Assembly (NCBI RefSeq): GCF_009834535.1
Contig: NC_045707.1
Coordinates: forward strand, 37,882,001 to 37,946,000
Reading direction: 5' to 3'
Source: Camelus ferus
Lineage: Eukaryota
Length of the DNA stretch: 64,000 nucleotides
Every line of letters begins with the position of its first letter. The first letter of the stretch is position 1. The position numbers and the translations under genes were made by a program. Of the stretch, positions 1-13,054 are shown piece after piece. The notes beneath the pieces are model-generated. The model did no database searches. It was not told the origin of the DNA and worked only from the letters and a program-made list of their open reading frames with translations.

Positions 1-207
1 TGCCCCTGGGGTTTGTTGCCTACACTCCCCATAGAAGGGCCTTCTTCATTTCGGTTAGAGGTTGGTGAAAATTAAGATAAAATTATTTTCTTGTCCAAGT
101 TCAGGGAGCCCCTGGAAGATTCGATCTACTGACTGCAAGTTGATAACTCTGCCCTTGCTTGATTTAGATAGCCCTGACTTAAGCTCGGGAAGCGCTTTGC
201 CTCTGTG

Positions 208-241
208 TCTGTATCATGTCTCTGTATCATGTCTCTGTATC
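208..241 (+). repeat. 13-bp tandem repeat (TCTGTATCATGTC) x2.6
   Basis: Seen directly. Confidence 0.9.
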
Positions 242-496
242 TTCTGCTTTCCAGGCTGGACTGAGACATGTGGGCAGCCTCAGCCAGCCCACATTCTGGC
301 CTTCCATCATCTCCTTACAGGAGGGATGGGGCAATGCGGGAATGTGGAAAGGAGGTTGGACCTCTGCTGGCAGCCCTCAGCCTCAGCTCCAGCCTCCAGC
401 TTCTTCAGTGCCAACCCAAACTGGCATACTTCACCTGATAAAGTCCCCTTCCTTCTTAGAGAGCAATCTAGTGTTTCTAAAGTACAGGTTTTTGAG

Positions 497-519
497 CTTG
501 ACCCTTGACCCTTGACCCT
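497..519 (+). repeat. 7-bp tandem repeat (CTTGACC) x3
   Basis: Seen directly. Confidence 0.9.
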
Positions 520-1499
520 CGAAGGAAGGGCTAGAAGCCGGTCTCAACAGACAATGTCTCTACTTTCCTGGTATTCATAAAATCTTCCCTAAGGAACCCA
601 AGGCCCACCTTTCCTTCCCGACTAGGGGAGTGGATAGGGAAGGTGGGTGGTTAATAAGATGCCAAGCCAGTCACATTTTTCTTTGTTGTCTTTGTAACAC
701 ATGTTTTACCACATAGAGCAAGGGCTTCGCTGCATCTCTCGCTTAATCTGAAGGTACAGTAATAACCAATTGCTTGACTAAGTTACCTGAGGATAAGGCC
801 CAGGGCTCTGTGTCCCAGTTCTTAGTATACATTCAATATTTTTAGAAGAAAAATTTCTATGAAAAAACAATGGTTAATGAAGGTTACAATCTCAAGAATG
901 AGAACCTCAAATACCCGATTCTCGCTCAGTTGTAAGGTTTTCATTCCCGTGTTTTTATTCATCAAACCAGTCTTTACTCTTCACGTCCTCTCCTGCTCGT
1001 CCACCCAATGCTGTGTCCTAATTTAGTGGTTTTGCTTTATAACCTGGCACCAGGAAATGACAGGAACCACAGGACCCCCCTCCCCCAAATGAACACCTGT
1101 TCCTTATATTTTTGGGCTGAACAGACTGATGGACTCTGTGGAGGGGCTGAGAATACATTCATTTAACAACCTCAGAGTGAAGAGAATACTGGTTTTCACA
1201 TGTATTTTTTCTTACCACCAAAAGGTTAAAAAAGAAAAATAAAAGGGTGGTGCAGCTTGCGCATACTTTCATCACTGGGCCCTTTTACTCAGGCCCTGAG
1301 GGCCTCTAGCTTGCTTGTGTAGCCATTTGGATCAGATTTAATTTGGTGACTCCTGATGTGCCACTTTGGTTCTAGGAAATACACTGATTTTTTCCTGGAG
1401 CCACCTGGCTCACCAGGTGAGGTGGCTTTAGTTACAGACTTTGGTTTATGGAAGTTTGGGGAGTCACAGATTGTGGGATTTTCCAGAAGTCCTGGCAGG

Positions 1500-1735
1500 T
1501 GCTTGGGTTGACCCTCAAGATATTAAAATGTTTGGGAGTAAGAGGCCTAATTTTAAAAGTTAGAAGATTTTCATTAAAAAAAATCTGAATTTCCTGTCTC
1601 TTTTGGAAAATTGGAAGGCCTGGCGATACTGGATTTACTGTCCCACATTCCACAGCCTGGATGGTGTTGAGTAGTGGTGGCTGCTGCCTTCGGATGGCTG
1701 GGATGCTCCACTGCCCAGTCACCCTCTGCCCTCCG
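1500..1735 (+). mobile_element. MER102-like hAT-Charlie DNA transposon fragment
   Basis: AAAAATCTGAATTTCCTGTCTCTTTTGGAAAATTGGAAGGCCTGGCGATACTGG resembles the recalled MER102 consensus. Confidence 0.65.
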
Positions 1736-1924
1736 TGTTTAAAACCCTTCAGGCTTCCCATAGCTCTTGGGTTACAGACCAACATTCTTTCCATGGCCCA
1801 CCAGGCATGCAGAGTCTGACTCCCGCCTGCCTCTCCATCTTCATCTTATGCCAGGAGAAAAACAGCAAACTTCCATACAGGGCACAACTTGTGCCAGGCT
1901 CTGCTGATACTCAACCCTGGGAGG

Positions 1925-2055
1925 AAGGTACTATTATCCTCACTTTACAGGTGAGGAAAGTGAGGCACAGAGAAGTCCAGTAACTTGTCTAATAGCACAC
2001 AGCTGGGATTCAGACCCAGGCAGCCGGCTCCTCAGAGATTCCACTCCTAACCACT
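1925..2055 (-). mobile_element. MIR SINE
   Basis: MIR core TTTACAGGTGAGGAAAGTGAGGCACAGAGA. Confidence 0.8.
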
Positions 2056-2269
2056 CCATCTCTTTGCATTCTAGTCACAGGGTTCCTTCCCATCACAGGC
2101 TTTTAAGGGTCTGGTTCCCCTGCTTGGTGTTCTTTCCTGCCTTTCCCCAACCTTCTTTACCACTGGATTTTTTTCATCCTTTGGTTTCAGCTCAAATGCC
2201 CCTTCTTCAGGGAAACCTCTTGGTGTCCTAACCCCTGCAACCCATAGTTCTGGTTCCTTTCCTCTCGAG

Positions 2270-2476
2270 CACGGCTCTCCAGTAGAAGCTTCTGTGATGA
2301 TGGAAATGCTCTGTATTTGTGCTGAGCGGGAGGGTAGCCACTAGCCCTACCAGTTGCTGGGCACTTGGCTGATGTGACTGAGGAACTGAATTATTCATCT
2401 TATTTAATTTTAATTAATTCAAAATTGAATTAAAATAGCCACATGTGGCAAGTGGCTACCATTTTGGACAGCACAG
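2270..2476 (+). mobile_element. MER3 (hAT-Charlie MITE), near full length
   Basis: CTCTCCAGTAGAAGCTTCTGTGATGATGGAAATG...TAGCCACATGTGGCAAGTGGCTACCATTTTGGACAGCACAG. Confidence 0.85.
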
Positions 2477-3699
2477 CTTTGGAGCGTTCACCTCATGTAG
2501 AAATTACACTTTCTCGCCCCTGCTGGCTTGATCTGTATGTCTCAGTCACAGACCAAGAGCTCCACAAGGGTAGATGTGACTTCTGCTGCTGCCCACTGCA
2601 TCCTGAACCCTGTAATCAGTGCCTGGCACATCCCAGATACTCCCCGAGTAGACAAACTTTACAGCTTTTGTCTCTTCCCGAGAAGAATGTGCTAAAGAGG
2701 GGCAGTCTGAAACCCCAGGGCAGAAGGTGACTTTGCAACGGCGTGGACGCTGGGGACAGAGCTGCATCTGAACTCAGGCTCCAAAACTTATGTGCTCTGT
2801 GAAAATGGAAATGGTAATAATTTCTCTCTCAGAGGATTGTGAGGCATAAATGAAGAATTGCTGATAGTAACAGTTGAGATTTATTGCGAGTTTATTGCCA
2901 TGTCTGCTAAGTGTTTTCCATGTGTCCTTTTACTTAGTCCTTTCAGTGAGCTGAGGCACGGAGCACCTGGGTGACATGGGGATGCAGTAAGCTGGCACAG
3001 CAGTGCAGCTGTGTTTGAGGTCACCTGCTTCCCAGCACTCGCTCTTAACTGTCATGTAAAAAGCCCCAGCTCCTGGTGAAAATCCCAGCGTGTTTAACTG
3101 TTGCCCACTTCCCCACCCCCATCTCTATCCCCTCCTCCTGCTCCCCACCCGCCCCCCAGCTTCTCCCTGGTCCAGCTGCAGCAGTGAAACCCTCCCTCCC
3201 TGCCCCCGCCGTTGGTGTGAGTCCCTTCTGGAGGCAGCTCTGGGCGGCCAGCGCCTTTGTGGGGTCCAGGTGGCTGAGCCTCGCAGAGCAGGAGGGCTCC
3301 TCTCTCACAATAGCCCTGGAGCCCCCGAGGCTGGCGGACAGGCAGGTGCCAGGTGTTAGTGAATGCGTTGGCGACCCGGCCAATCTCTCTGCTGACCCTG
3401 CTGCAGCCCCCGACCTTGCGTGGCTCCACTGGTCACTGTGAGCCTGGTCCTGCTGTGAGAGGTCAGCCTTTCTATCCTCAGGCAGGGTGGTGTCCATTTA
3501 GGCTTATTGGAGACTCCTCTTTGAGGGATTCAGACTCTAAGGCTGAGAAGGGGGTGGAGGTGGAGTTGGAGGGAGTCAGGAGGAGGGAGGAGAGAAGGGG
3601 AGGAGGGAATGACCTTGGTGGGTGAGAAGTCAGCTCTGTCTAGAAACCAGGGAATTGGGGGATTTGTAAGCTCTTGGGCAGCACTTTGCAACAAGACTA

Positions 3700-3915
3700 A
3701 TGCTAAGTATAATATCTAACACTTACCAAGGGCTTAAAATGTGCATGACATTTTTCTAATCACTTTACCCTTCAAAGCAGTTCTCTGATTTAATCCCATT
3801 TGACAGATGCGGGAACTGAGGAACAGAGAGGTTAAGTAACTTGCTCAAGGTCACACAGTAAGCGGTATAGCAAGATTCCAACCCAAGCAGGTGGACTTCA
3901 GAATCTAAGTCTTTA
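3700..3915 (-). mobile_element. MIR SINE
   Basis: CCCATTTGACAGATGCGGGAACTGAGGAACAGAGAGGTTAAGTAACTTGCTCAAGGTCACACAG. Confidence 0.85.
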
Positions 3916-5019
3916 CAAAATAATAAACCCAGATTATCTCATGTGCATGTTGATACTCAAAGATTAGCTGGCAGGAGGGTATACCCTGTTCATTGCATAG
4001 CCAGTACATCAGAAATCTAGAGAGGATAGTCTTGAGGATTTGCTCAAGGTCATACCCATGACTGGAGATGGAGCTGGGTAAGAACCTAGTCCCTGACTTC
4101 TACTTCAATCACATGTTTAAAAAATTTCAGGACTCAACTGTGCTAAAACAACCAGAATTCCCTCTCCACTGTGACTTCTAATAGAGGCTCCAATGAAATA
4201 TTTCTGGAAGCATGGACCATGAGATGTTCTGTGAAAGAAGGATCCAGAGGTAGGTGAAATCTGGGCAGTGTATATTTGCTTACCAAAGGCAAACTGTCTC
4301 CATTGCTTGATCATGGAGTTTTGGTAAAATGTTTGATTTAGCAGAACTTAAAGAGAGAGAAGGGCTAGCTGCAGCTCGGGTTGGGAAGAAGGAGGTAGAA
4401 ATCAGTTAGAAGTGGGAGGGCCTATGGAAACAGGGAAAGGCCACGGACTTCAGCATTGGGCAGACTTGGGTGCACATTCTTCCTATATTGCCTCTGTAAT
4501 GCTGGGCAACTCCTTAGAGACTGCTGCCTCACATGGGCAACAGTGGCTCTTAGGTATGTGTGAGCGCGAAGTCATTGAAACACGTAACGCATAGGGGTCA
4601 ACTTGACCAGTGATACCCATTAATACTCTTAAAATAGTTCACAACAATTCCAAAAATGTGTTAAGAAAATGCAGGGTTTTACGGGGTGGGGTGAGAGAAA
4701 TAATAGGTATTACTTGACAAAAGCTTCTTGGCCAAATAAGTAAGAAAATGCTTAGTTAAGCAAGGGACACAGATTTCTTTCTACAGGACTTCTCAGTGCC
4801 TTGAGTTCTTATCCAACTCCATCTCCATTTCTGTTTCTGAGGATTACCAATTCTGATTTTTTTTTAAAAAGGAAGATGACTTTCCTATTTATTTTTTGAT
4901 AACTAATTCTCCTTTGTGTCCTCTAAGTCTTAGTGTACCTGGCATCTTTTACGGTACTCTGAATGTTAACTAGTCGGGTATCCTGAGCTAAAGGATGATT
5001 GATACATGTGTCATGTGGA

Positions 5020-5240
5020 CTAAAACCAGCATTTACCGAGCGAGGGCTTACTATATGCCGGTCACTTTATACGCATAATCTTATTTATTTCTCACAAAAG
5101 TCATGTGTAATTTTATTATCCTCATTTTATAGACTGGGAAACTGAGGCTAAGAGACTTCAAATATTCCAGGCAACCTGTAGAATTTATGACTCAGCTGGG
5201 CCTAAAACCCAACTTCAGGCTGACTCCAAAGTCCACATGC
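5020..5240 (-). mobile_element. MIR SINE
   Basis: ATCCTCATTTTATAGACTGGGAAACTGAGGCTAAGAGA core. Confidence 0.75.
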
Positions 5241-5889
5241 TTGGCGTGGTGGCATGAGCACAGACTTCAGGGATTTCAGGACATAAAAAGTAACCAAATA
5301 GAGAAAGGAGAAGCTCCTTGGGCAATGAAGTGTAAACAGAGGAACCCCAGTGGGAAAATAAGTTAGCTGGACCACATGCTTTTCTCTGGCTAAGTGCTGA
5401 GGCTGGGGAGATAATTGAATAAAGAACAAGGTCAAGTTTCCCAAAGGTTGACAAGCCAATAAAATGACAGTCTCCTACTTTAGGGGATGGAAAATGGGGG
5501 TAATTGAAAGAAATTGGCTATTTCTGCCTCTTTTGGCTGAGTGCTGGACCTTTCATGTGTTCAGTTTGGATCAATTGTGATTTTCCTGCCCAGTTCTTGT
5601 CTCCCCTCCCTACCCCACCAAATTTCTGAAGGACGACTTTGGAGCCAGTTTCTGAGAGATGACATTTTTATTTTTCATGGGGTTGCTTTAATAACTTGAT
5701 ATTACTTATTGTCATTTGCAATAATCCCTTGAATACTGGAAATAAAATCTTTCAGGAACAGAAAAGCTTGCCTTCTTTCCCATGTGGGACTAATTCTTCT
5801 TCTTCTTGGAAGAATGAAATGGAACTTGGGAGACTTAAGCCTAGAGAGGAAAAATGGAAAGGGGACAGGAAGCCAAAGCATTTGGGTTC

Positions 5890-6050
5890 TAGCTCTAGCA
5901 GAGCTAAGTCAGAGTTAGGACTAGAGGCACCATGTAGCTGTGTGACCCTGGGAAAGTCCTTTTACTTCTCTGGGTGTCAATTTCCTCATTCGTCAAGGAG
6001 AGAGCTGAATCAGGTCCTCTCTAAGACGACTTTTGACTCTAATATTCCGT
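5890..6050 (+). mobile_element. MIR SINE
   Basis: TAGCTGTGTGACCCTGGGAAAGTC...TCAATTTCCTCATTCGT. Confidence 0.7.
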
Positions 6051-6964
6051 AACTATGAGTTTACTGTGTGTGCATGGGGTAAATAAATACACAATACAAA
6101 TTCAGGACTGCTGGTGAGAGTAGGCTTGGGTGCTGGGTCTGGGGTCACTGGGGGTGGGGGTCTGTGGGAAGGCAAGGTCTTCTCCATCAACCTAGAGAAG
6201 TAGAGGTGCTGCCCCAACTCTGGATGCTGTGCCATACCTTGAGAAGACCGTATGGCTTAGTGGTACAAGGTTTGAATCAGCCTGGCCACTTTGCTAGCTG
6301 AGTGACCGGGTCAAGTGATGTCACCATACTTTAAAAAAGTATCCCAGAGTTTGTGATATACAGTTAGGACTGGAAATCCCTAGTGCCAATCAACTCTTTG
6401 GTATTTTCCACCTCTAAAATGGTTTCCAATCAGTTATTTTTTTTTTCATGGAAATAATAAAACTTACAGCCTGTCAGTGAGGGTTAAGAGGTAATGTGAA
6501 TTATGCCCTGTACATAGTAAATGCTTGATAAGAGAACAGTAGCATGAGGTAGGTGCCCAATTCACACCTGTCTGCTTACTCTGTGTGGTTAGTGCAGCTG
6601 CCCATTCCTGTTTAACCTCAGGTCCTTTCTGTACCGCATTTCCCAGAAAAACAGCCTTCTCCCTTGCTGCTGCTGCCTGTGTTGTCCACTGTGCTTTTTC
6701 CTTGGAGCCTTTGTCCCAGAGCAGCTCCCCCTGCCCCTCCATCACCAGCGCCTGCCTTTTGGCCTGGCCATTCAGCTGGGCCCCTTTTCCAGTTTTCCCA
6801 GTGTGCTCCATTTCCATGTCCTCATTGTCTGAGACTGGAATTCTGAAAGTCAGGTTTTCTTTAAACAAAATAAAGTGTGGTATGCCCTAAATATATACAA
6901 TTTTTATTTGTAAGTTGTGCCTTAATAGATCTTGAGGGGGGAAAATTAAGTAAGGTCCTAAAAA

Positions 6965-7035
6965 ATCAAGATGTGCACCTTGAATCTATAGAATTTTGTC
7001 AATTATATTTCAATAAAGCTGTTAAAAATAACAAA
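6965..7035 (+). mobile_element. L1M 3' terminal fragment
   Basis: TGTCAATTATATTTCAATAAAGCTGTTAAAAA, a typical L1M end. Confidence 0.6.
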
Positions 7036-7149
7036 AAATTAAACAAAGTGTTTCCTCTTTATTATAAAAGCAATTAAACTTTTAACTGATCATCTGGAAA
7101 ATGAGGAAAGAAGAAAAAATTAAATCTTCACTAGTCTAAAACTAACAGC

Positions 7150-7570
7150 CAAGTACAGTGGCTGTAATATCATATTTTCTCATGTTCTTTTTGTCTACAT
7201 GAAATGTGTTTGAACATAATTGGGATCATAGAACACATAATTGTGTACCCTTATTTTTCCTATAACCTTATAATAAGCACTTAAGCTATTATCACAAACT
7301 CTCCTTAAATGCACTTAGTAAAGGGCATCTAATACTCTGTCAAGAAGGGTCCCCCATAATTTCTTTAACTATTTCCTTTTGTTCATTTGAAAGATGTTTG
7401 TTGAGGGTTTAGGCTGGGTAAGGCACGATGTGATCCATTAGACACTTAGGTTGTGCTCATTTCTCTAATAGTGTACCTAGTTCTGGGGTGAACAATTTTG
7501 TATGTAATAAATTTTTTTCCAAGTTTGAGATTATCTTCTTAGTCTAGGTCTCTAGAATTTGGAAGCAGTT
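7150..7570 (-). mobile_element. Old L1 (L1ME-type) 3' fragment
   Basis: AT-rich antisense L1ME-like tract. Confidence 0.5.
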
Positions 7571-7574
7571 GACT

Positions 7575-7730
7575 ATAGTTAGTGGACAAAACGATAGATC
7601 TCTGAGTCAGACAACTGGGGCCGTATCCCAGTTCCACCTCTTAGTAGCTGGGTGACTGGACAAATCTCACCCCCCTCAGCACTTTGGTTTCTCACCTCTA
7701 CAATAAGGGTTAGAAAGCATAAGCCATCCT
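7575..7730 (+). mobile_element. MIR SINE
   Basis: CTCTGAGTCAGAC...CCCAGTTCCACCTCTTAGTAGCTGGGTGAC. Confidence 0.7.
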
Positions 7731-7759
7731 TACTCTAAGGATTCAGAAGTAAGTGCTGA

Positions 7760-7960
7760 AATGAGGCCATTTGCATGTCTTCACTGGAGAATTGCTTGTT
7801 TATGTCTTCTGCCCATTTTTGGATTGGGTTGTTTGGTTTTTTTTGTTATTAAGTTGTCTGAGCTGTCCGTATACTCTGGAAATCAAGCTCTTGTCTGTCT
7901 CATCATTTGCAAATATTTTCTCCCATTCTGTAGGTTATCTTTTTGTATTGCTTATAGGGC
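7760..7960 (-). mobile_element. L1 ORF2-region fragment (antisense)
   Basis: TCTTCTGCCCATTTTTGGATTGGGTTGTTTG...TTTGCAAATATTTTCTCCCATTCTGTAGGTT, a classic antisense L1 ORF2 signature; explains the ORFs at 7761 and 7771. Confidence 0.85.
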
Positions 7961-8224
7961 AATGTCATTTTCAACAATAAATAAAAATGAGAAAAAATCA
8001 TTTTACTTTTCTACGTCCAATCCTTGTTCTGTTAGATATCAGGATGAGAGGCCTAAAATGTCAGTTTTGGGGACCAGACTATCCTAGCAGGCATCACTTG
8101 GAAGAGCGGGGTTCTTAGACTAGAAGATGCTGCATGGGGCAGTGTGATATGTTCCATGGGATTAAACGTGTCCAGTGCAACCCGAGAAATGATGACATAC
8201 TCAAAGTTTACAACAGGGTGGGTA

Positions 8225-8400
8225 CTTTATATACACAGACTCATTCAATCTTTCCAGAAGACTGTGAGGAAAGTATTTCATACTCATTTTACAGAAGAGG
8301 AAGCTGAGGCTTACAGAAGTGACGAGCTATTCCAGCCTACTCTGTTAGCAAGCACAGCTGGATCTGAACCCAGGTCTGTCTGCCTTCAGCGCCCACACAG
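8225..8400 (-). mobile_element. MIR SINE
   Basis: CTCATTTTACAGAAGAGGAAGCTGAGGCTTACAGA...TCTGAACCCAGGTCTGTCTG. Confidence 0.75.
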
Positions 8401-9859
8401 ATGACCGCTGAGCGACACGGGCTGCAAACGGATCCAGGCCGACCGGCCCGGGTTCTTGTTCTCATGAGATCGAACTCCCACTTGGTGCTGTTTCCTTTTA
8501 CTCACTCAGAATTCTTCTGAAAATTTCTCTCCTTAGGGCAACAATTTCCATCACAAAAGGTGATTTGTTTTGGAAAAATTTGAGTAAAAACAGCTCTGTA
8601 TTTCTTGCTTTCCAGAGAATGGAAAAACACATGCTATTCACTTGTGTTTTTAATAGCTACTTTAAGAAACAACACACAGACAGTCACATAAATTATTTCT
8701 CCTTTGTTAATCACCCCAAATGCCATCCACGGTGTTTCCAAAGAACATCTGGGAACGTGAGTGAAGAAATTGAGTAATTTCTTAGCATATTTACTTTCCT
8801 TATGAAATCTGTATCCTCTGCTTTAGAAAAATAAACGTTTGTGATTTCTCAGCTTGGAGTTAACATTTTCCGAGAACCAGCAGACTTCAGGTGCTTTTGG
8901 GGGCATTCAAGTAGACATGGGATCTTCAAGTTAAAAATCTCCTAAGACAGGCACAGATACAGAAAATATGTGAATAAATAAGTGGCTAGTATTTTGCAGT
9001 GCTTTGCAGTTTAAAAAGTGTGTTCACATAGAGTATTTCATGCACACCCCTGGAGGGCTGAGGAGGAGACATTGCTATTCCCATTTCAGAGAACAGGCAG
9101 GTGGGATGCTCAGAGACTGAGTGGCTGGATTAGGTCTTGTGGCTGGTGAGGGGCTGAACTACCCTTCCACCCAAGGTCTCCTGACTCCTGGAGCCATGCT
9201 CATTCCCCAGGGAGACAGAGTGATCAGGGTTGAGTCCTGACTCTCATGCTTACGAGATGTGTGCTCTAAACTTCACGTCTTCACCTGTAGAAGGAAGACC
9301 TAGGATGCCTATAACCAGAGGGATGGGAGAAGAGTTGATGAGCTAAGGGAGACTTGAAAGAAGATGTCTTAGATCAGGCTCACCAAGAAGTCTAAGCAAA
9401 AGGGATGTTCGGTGGAAGGATTCTGGAGTGTCTCATGAAAACCAAGTATGTGCTCTCTTTCTCTCCCTACTCCTCCTTTGATTTTCCCCAAACCCCCACC
9501 CCTACCCTCTCAATGGCTTCTAGTCTCTGCTTCTCCCTCTGCTGAATCTTTTCTTCTTTCCCTCTTCCCATAGACATTCTCGGCTTCTCTGGACACGGGA
9601 TGTACAGGAGCTGCCTCAGCTCTTACCTGTCTTCTTAGTTCAAACACCAACAGAGAAGGACCTGAATTTCTGAGTACCACTTACAAATTTTAAAAAGACA
9701 AAATCCAGTTGGCTTTGCTTGGGTCAGCGTTTTTGGAGAGAGATCATGGGGCCCACAGGTCAAGCGGTCAATAGCATTTAATAATCCCTTAAGTACAGGC
9801 AGTGTGCTTACTGCCATGATCTGATCAGATTTTTTAAAACCACTGTGCCTGGCACTCAT

Positions 9860-10050
9860 TTCATTTCATCTTCACAGCAACCCTTTGAAGGAGGCATTAT
9901 TACCCCCATTTTTTAAATATGAGGAGACTGAGGCTTAGAGAGATTAAACCATTTCCTCAAGACATTAGTGATAAGAGCCAGGGCCGAGATCAGACTCCGG
10001 TCTAGCTGACCCAGAGTAGGCAAGTGTAACCGCTAGGCACTATTGCCTGT
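9860..10050 (-). mobile_element. MIR SINE
   Basis: ATTATTACCCCCATTTTTTAAATATGAGGAGACTGAGGCTTAGAGAGATTAA. Confidence 0.8.
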
Positions 10051-11369
10051 AAGACATTTGTTGCCTCTCTGAATATTAAGGAATGGATGAAGGAATGAGT
10101 GATTCAATCACTGTTATTTGAAAGATGTATGAGAAGAGGGGAAGGTTATGTTTCCTTCCCCAGCTTTTATGGGGGCTAGAATGCTCTGGTTTTCATAAGG
10201 GTCATTCTTGGGTCCCACTTTAAAGCACTTTTTGAGCCTGTCTTGGAACTTCATCTGTTGGTTCTCCAACTCTCTCTTCGTTCAATCCCAGCCCCAATTC
10301 AAATGACAGCCAAACCCCTTCACCCCCAAACGCACCCTGCCCTCCAGCCTGCACTGAAGTTCCAACTTGTGTCTTTATGCCTCTCAGTACAAGAGAATCG
10401 GCAAGATCAGTCTCATCAAACAGGATTGTGCCTTTTCCAGACCCTTGTATGATGGGGAGTCTTCAGGTGAGACAGCTGTTCCCTGACCACAGGGCAGTCT
10501 AGACAGGCCTGGGTGTTCATGACACAGCCCCCTTTATGGAACTTTGCTTGGGGCAGTGGAGGTGACCTAGTTAAAATGGTAATAAAACCTGGAGAAAACT
10601 GTTGTCCTAGTGGCTGACAGGAGAAGAATTCCTTTTGGGAGGAGAACCTGTTAATTTGTGAGAACTGATGAAACTGATGGGGGTGAGACCCCTTGGATAT
10701 CATACTAAGAATATTAGGAATTCACCAGACTTAAGGGTGGCTCCCTTTTCTAGGCTTGGCACGACTTTTTGATCTTTTCAAATAAGCAACAAAGAAGCTT
10801 CTGGACACTAGGAGATGTAACAACCACTCAAAGACACTTTTCCAGCCCTTTAGTATTAAATGGACCAACATTCAGCTATTACCACGCCATGTCTGTCCTC
10901 AGCTTGGGACATGTATTCCTTTTTGGTCTGTCTGAAGGGATCTCCCACCTTAGATGGGGGCATAGCTAGAGAGTTTTGTCTGCAGATGGGTATCTGCTTC
11001 AAAGAGGGAGATGACATTTTTATAAAGCCTCCTGGGGAAAATACTATTGGAGGGATGCCATCAGATCATAACTCCAAAACTTCAACTGAGGTAGCTCTAA
11101 TGGGTCTCTCTGAGGTTTTTAAAATTAATATTAAACAAGAATGGCCCCATTATTGGATGACTATTACTTATAGGAATGTTCCAAGTAGTTTATGTTCCAT
11201 TTGTTTTAACAATACAAATCTTTCTGAGAAACATGTACGCAGATCTTAGTGTGACTCACTGGAGGCAAAGGGAAATCGTCAAATATATTTTCATTTTTTT
11301 CCCCAAAAGATAAAGGGAAAAAAATCTTAAAATGTATGTTGAGCTTGAAGAGGTTCAGTCAGGAAATTT

Positions 11370-11870
11370 TTTTTATAAAATTAGGTATTTCTGATAGAGG
11401 GAATTTAATGCAGGGCATTTTTGTAAAGATCTAGAAAGGGCTTGAAAAACAAAAATGAGAAGGAGGAGGTAGTGGGGAGAACAGAAGGGAAGACAGCTGG
11501 GCACCCCGAGTTGCTGGCACCTCTGGCAGGAGCCACTGCACTGTTGGGGAGGTTGTTGCGGTGAGATATGAGTCACTTTATGAAGTGCCACCTCAGTCTG
11601 GGCTGGGACTGCTGAAATAGAGCTGCTTCTGCCAGAGTGGCTGGAGTCCAGATCACCTAACCGCTGCTGTCCCCACAGCAGGCCCCAGCAATTCCACCCT
11701 TCCCAGTGCCAGAGCCTGAAACTTCTCAATTCCTCCCACCTGCCCTCTGATTTCCCACCAGCACCTCCTATTGGTGGAACTGAGCAGGAAGCCAGCTGGC
11801 AAAGAGGCCTGGGAAATGTAGTTTGCAAACATCTCACTCCAGGTGTACAGAATGGAGAGCTGCAAGGCTA
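11370..11870 (-). mobile_element. ERVL solo LTR (LTR33/LTR41-like)
   Basis: ATTGGTGGAACTGAGCAGGAAGCCAGCTGGCAAAGAGGCCTGGGAAATGTAGTTTGCA resembles the recalled LTR33/41 antisense consensus. Confidence 0.5.
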
Positions 11871-12309
11871 AGAATAAGACACTAAATTATGGGCCTGCCC
11901 TGTCAATGGGAGATTTGAACAGGGGTTTACTGGCTCACCAGAACTTCAAAGAAAGTGGTGGAACTTGAAAGAGAGCTAGGTGGTGAGAACATTGGGGAAA
12001 ACTAAGAGATGGTCATGGAGAAGTGGTTTGTCCCTTACCCCCAGCTTCTCCAAGCTGAACATTTTACTTGCTTATGAAGGAAACAGGTGAAGGGTTTAAA
12101 TCCAGTTTGATGCCAGGATGGGTCAAGACCACTCACAAAGGCCCAGGACTTCTGAGGCAGAGACAGGAGACCATGGATGAATGAATCCCTGGGAATGTGC
12201 CCACAATTTGGACAGGATTAGTGTTCTTAGCTGTGTCTGTGCCTCCCAACAGCAGTCCTATATAGAGCTCAAGGGTTGGGGCCCCAGTTCACATCCTGGG
12301 TTACAGATA

Positions 12310-12480
12310 AAGCCATTGCTTGGAATTGGAAGACCTAGGTTTGTGTCCCTGCTCTCCTAGTCACACTAGTTGTGTGACCTTTGCCAAGAGACCTGTCAAA
12401 GTTACTTAACCTCTCTATTTAGGCTCTCAGATTCCTCCTCTGTGACATGGAGAGAAGAGAGGCTGCTTTGCAGGGTTGTT
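12310..12480 (+). mobile_element. MIR SINE
   Basis: TAGTTGTGTGACCTTTGCCAAG...TTACTTAACCTCTCT...CTCAGATTCCTCCTCTGT. Confidence 0.7.
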
Positions 12481-12854
12481 TTGAGGATGAAATGAAGTAA
12501 TGGATGTACAGTTCCTCGTACACTGCCCGCTGAGCATGCTTTCATCTTTCCTGCAATCCCCTTCTCTTCTGGCTACACTGTGTGAATGTCTTCTCTGTCC
12601 CTCAGGGCCCAGCTCCTGTGTCAGCTCCTTCAGGAAGCCTGCCCAGCTTTCAGGCAGAGTGAGGCCAAATTGCTCCTGTGCTCCCACTGTCCGTTGTTCT
12701 TTCCTTTCTTGGAGACCTTTTGGTAAGGCAGTCTAAGAGAAGTGTTTGTTTTTACGTATGGCTCCCTAAGCTCACTTGAGCTCCTTGAAGGGATTAACTT
12801 CACTTTATTTGTGGTCTAATTCTTCTTTTAATAGAGTTTTTACCTGGCACTTGG

Positions 12855-13050
12855 CTGTCCAGAATAAAGACTTCATTTCCCAGCTTTCCCTGCAGCAAAT
12901 GTGGCCATATGATCCAGTTATGACCAATGGGATGTGACGGGATATGACAGAGGAGGTCTGCCTGCCTTCCCCTTCCTCTTTATCCTTTTCACTGGCTGAA
13001 ATGTAGACATGGCGGTAAACCATTTTGGACCATGTAGATGAAGGCAACAT
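12855..13050 (+). mobile_element. Old MaLR LTR (MLT1I/J-like), partial
   Basis: ATTTCCCAGCTTTCCCTGCAGCAAATGTGGCCATATGA...CCAATGGGATGTGA. Confidence 0.65.
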
Positions 13051-13054
13051 CTCC

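Noticed and set aside
2400-2440. AT-rich palindromes/hairpins
   Set aside because: Intrinsic to the MER3 MITE, not a miRNA or terminator.
10497-10504. Isolated palindromic SMAD element GTCTAGAC
   Set aside because: About one occurrence of an 8-mer is expected per window, and I noticed no supporting motif cluster.
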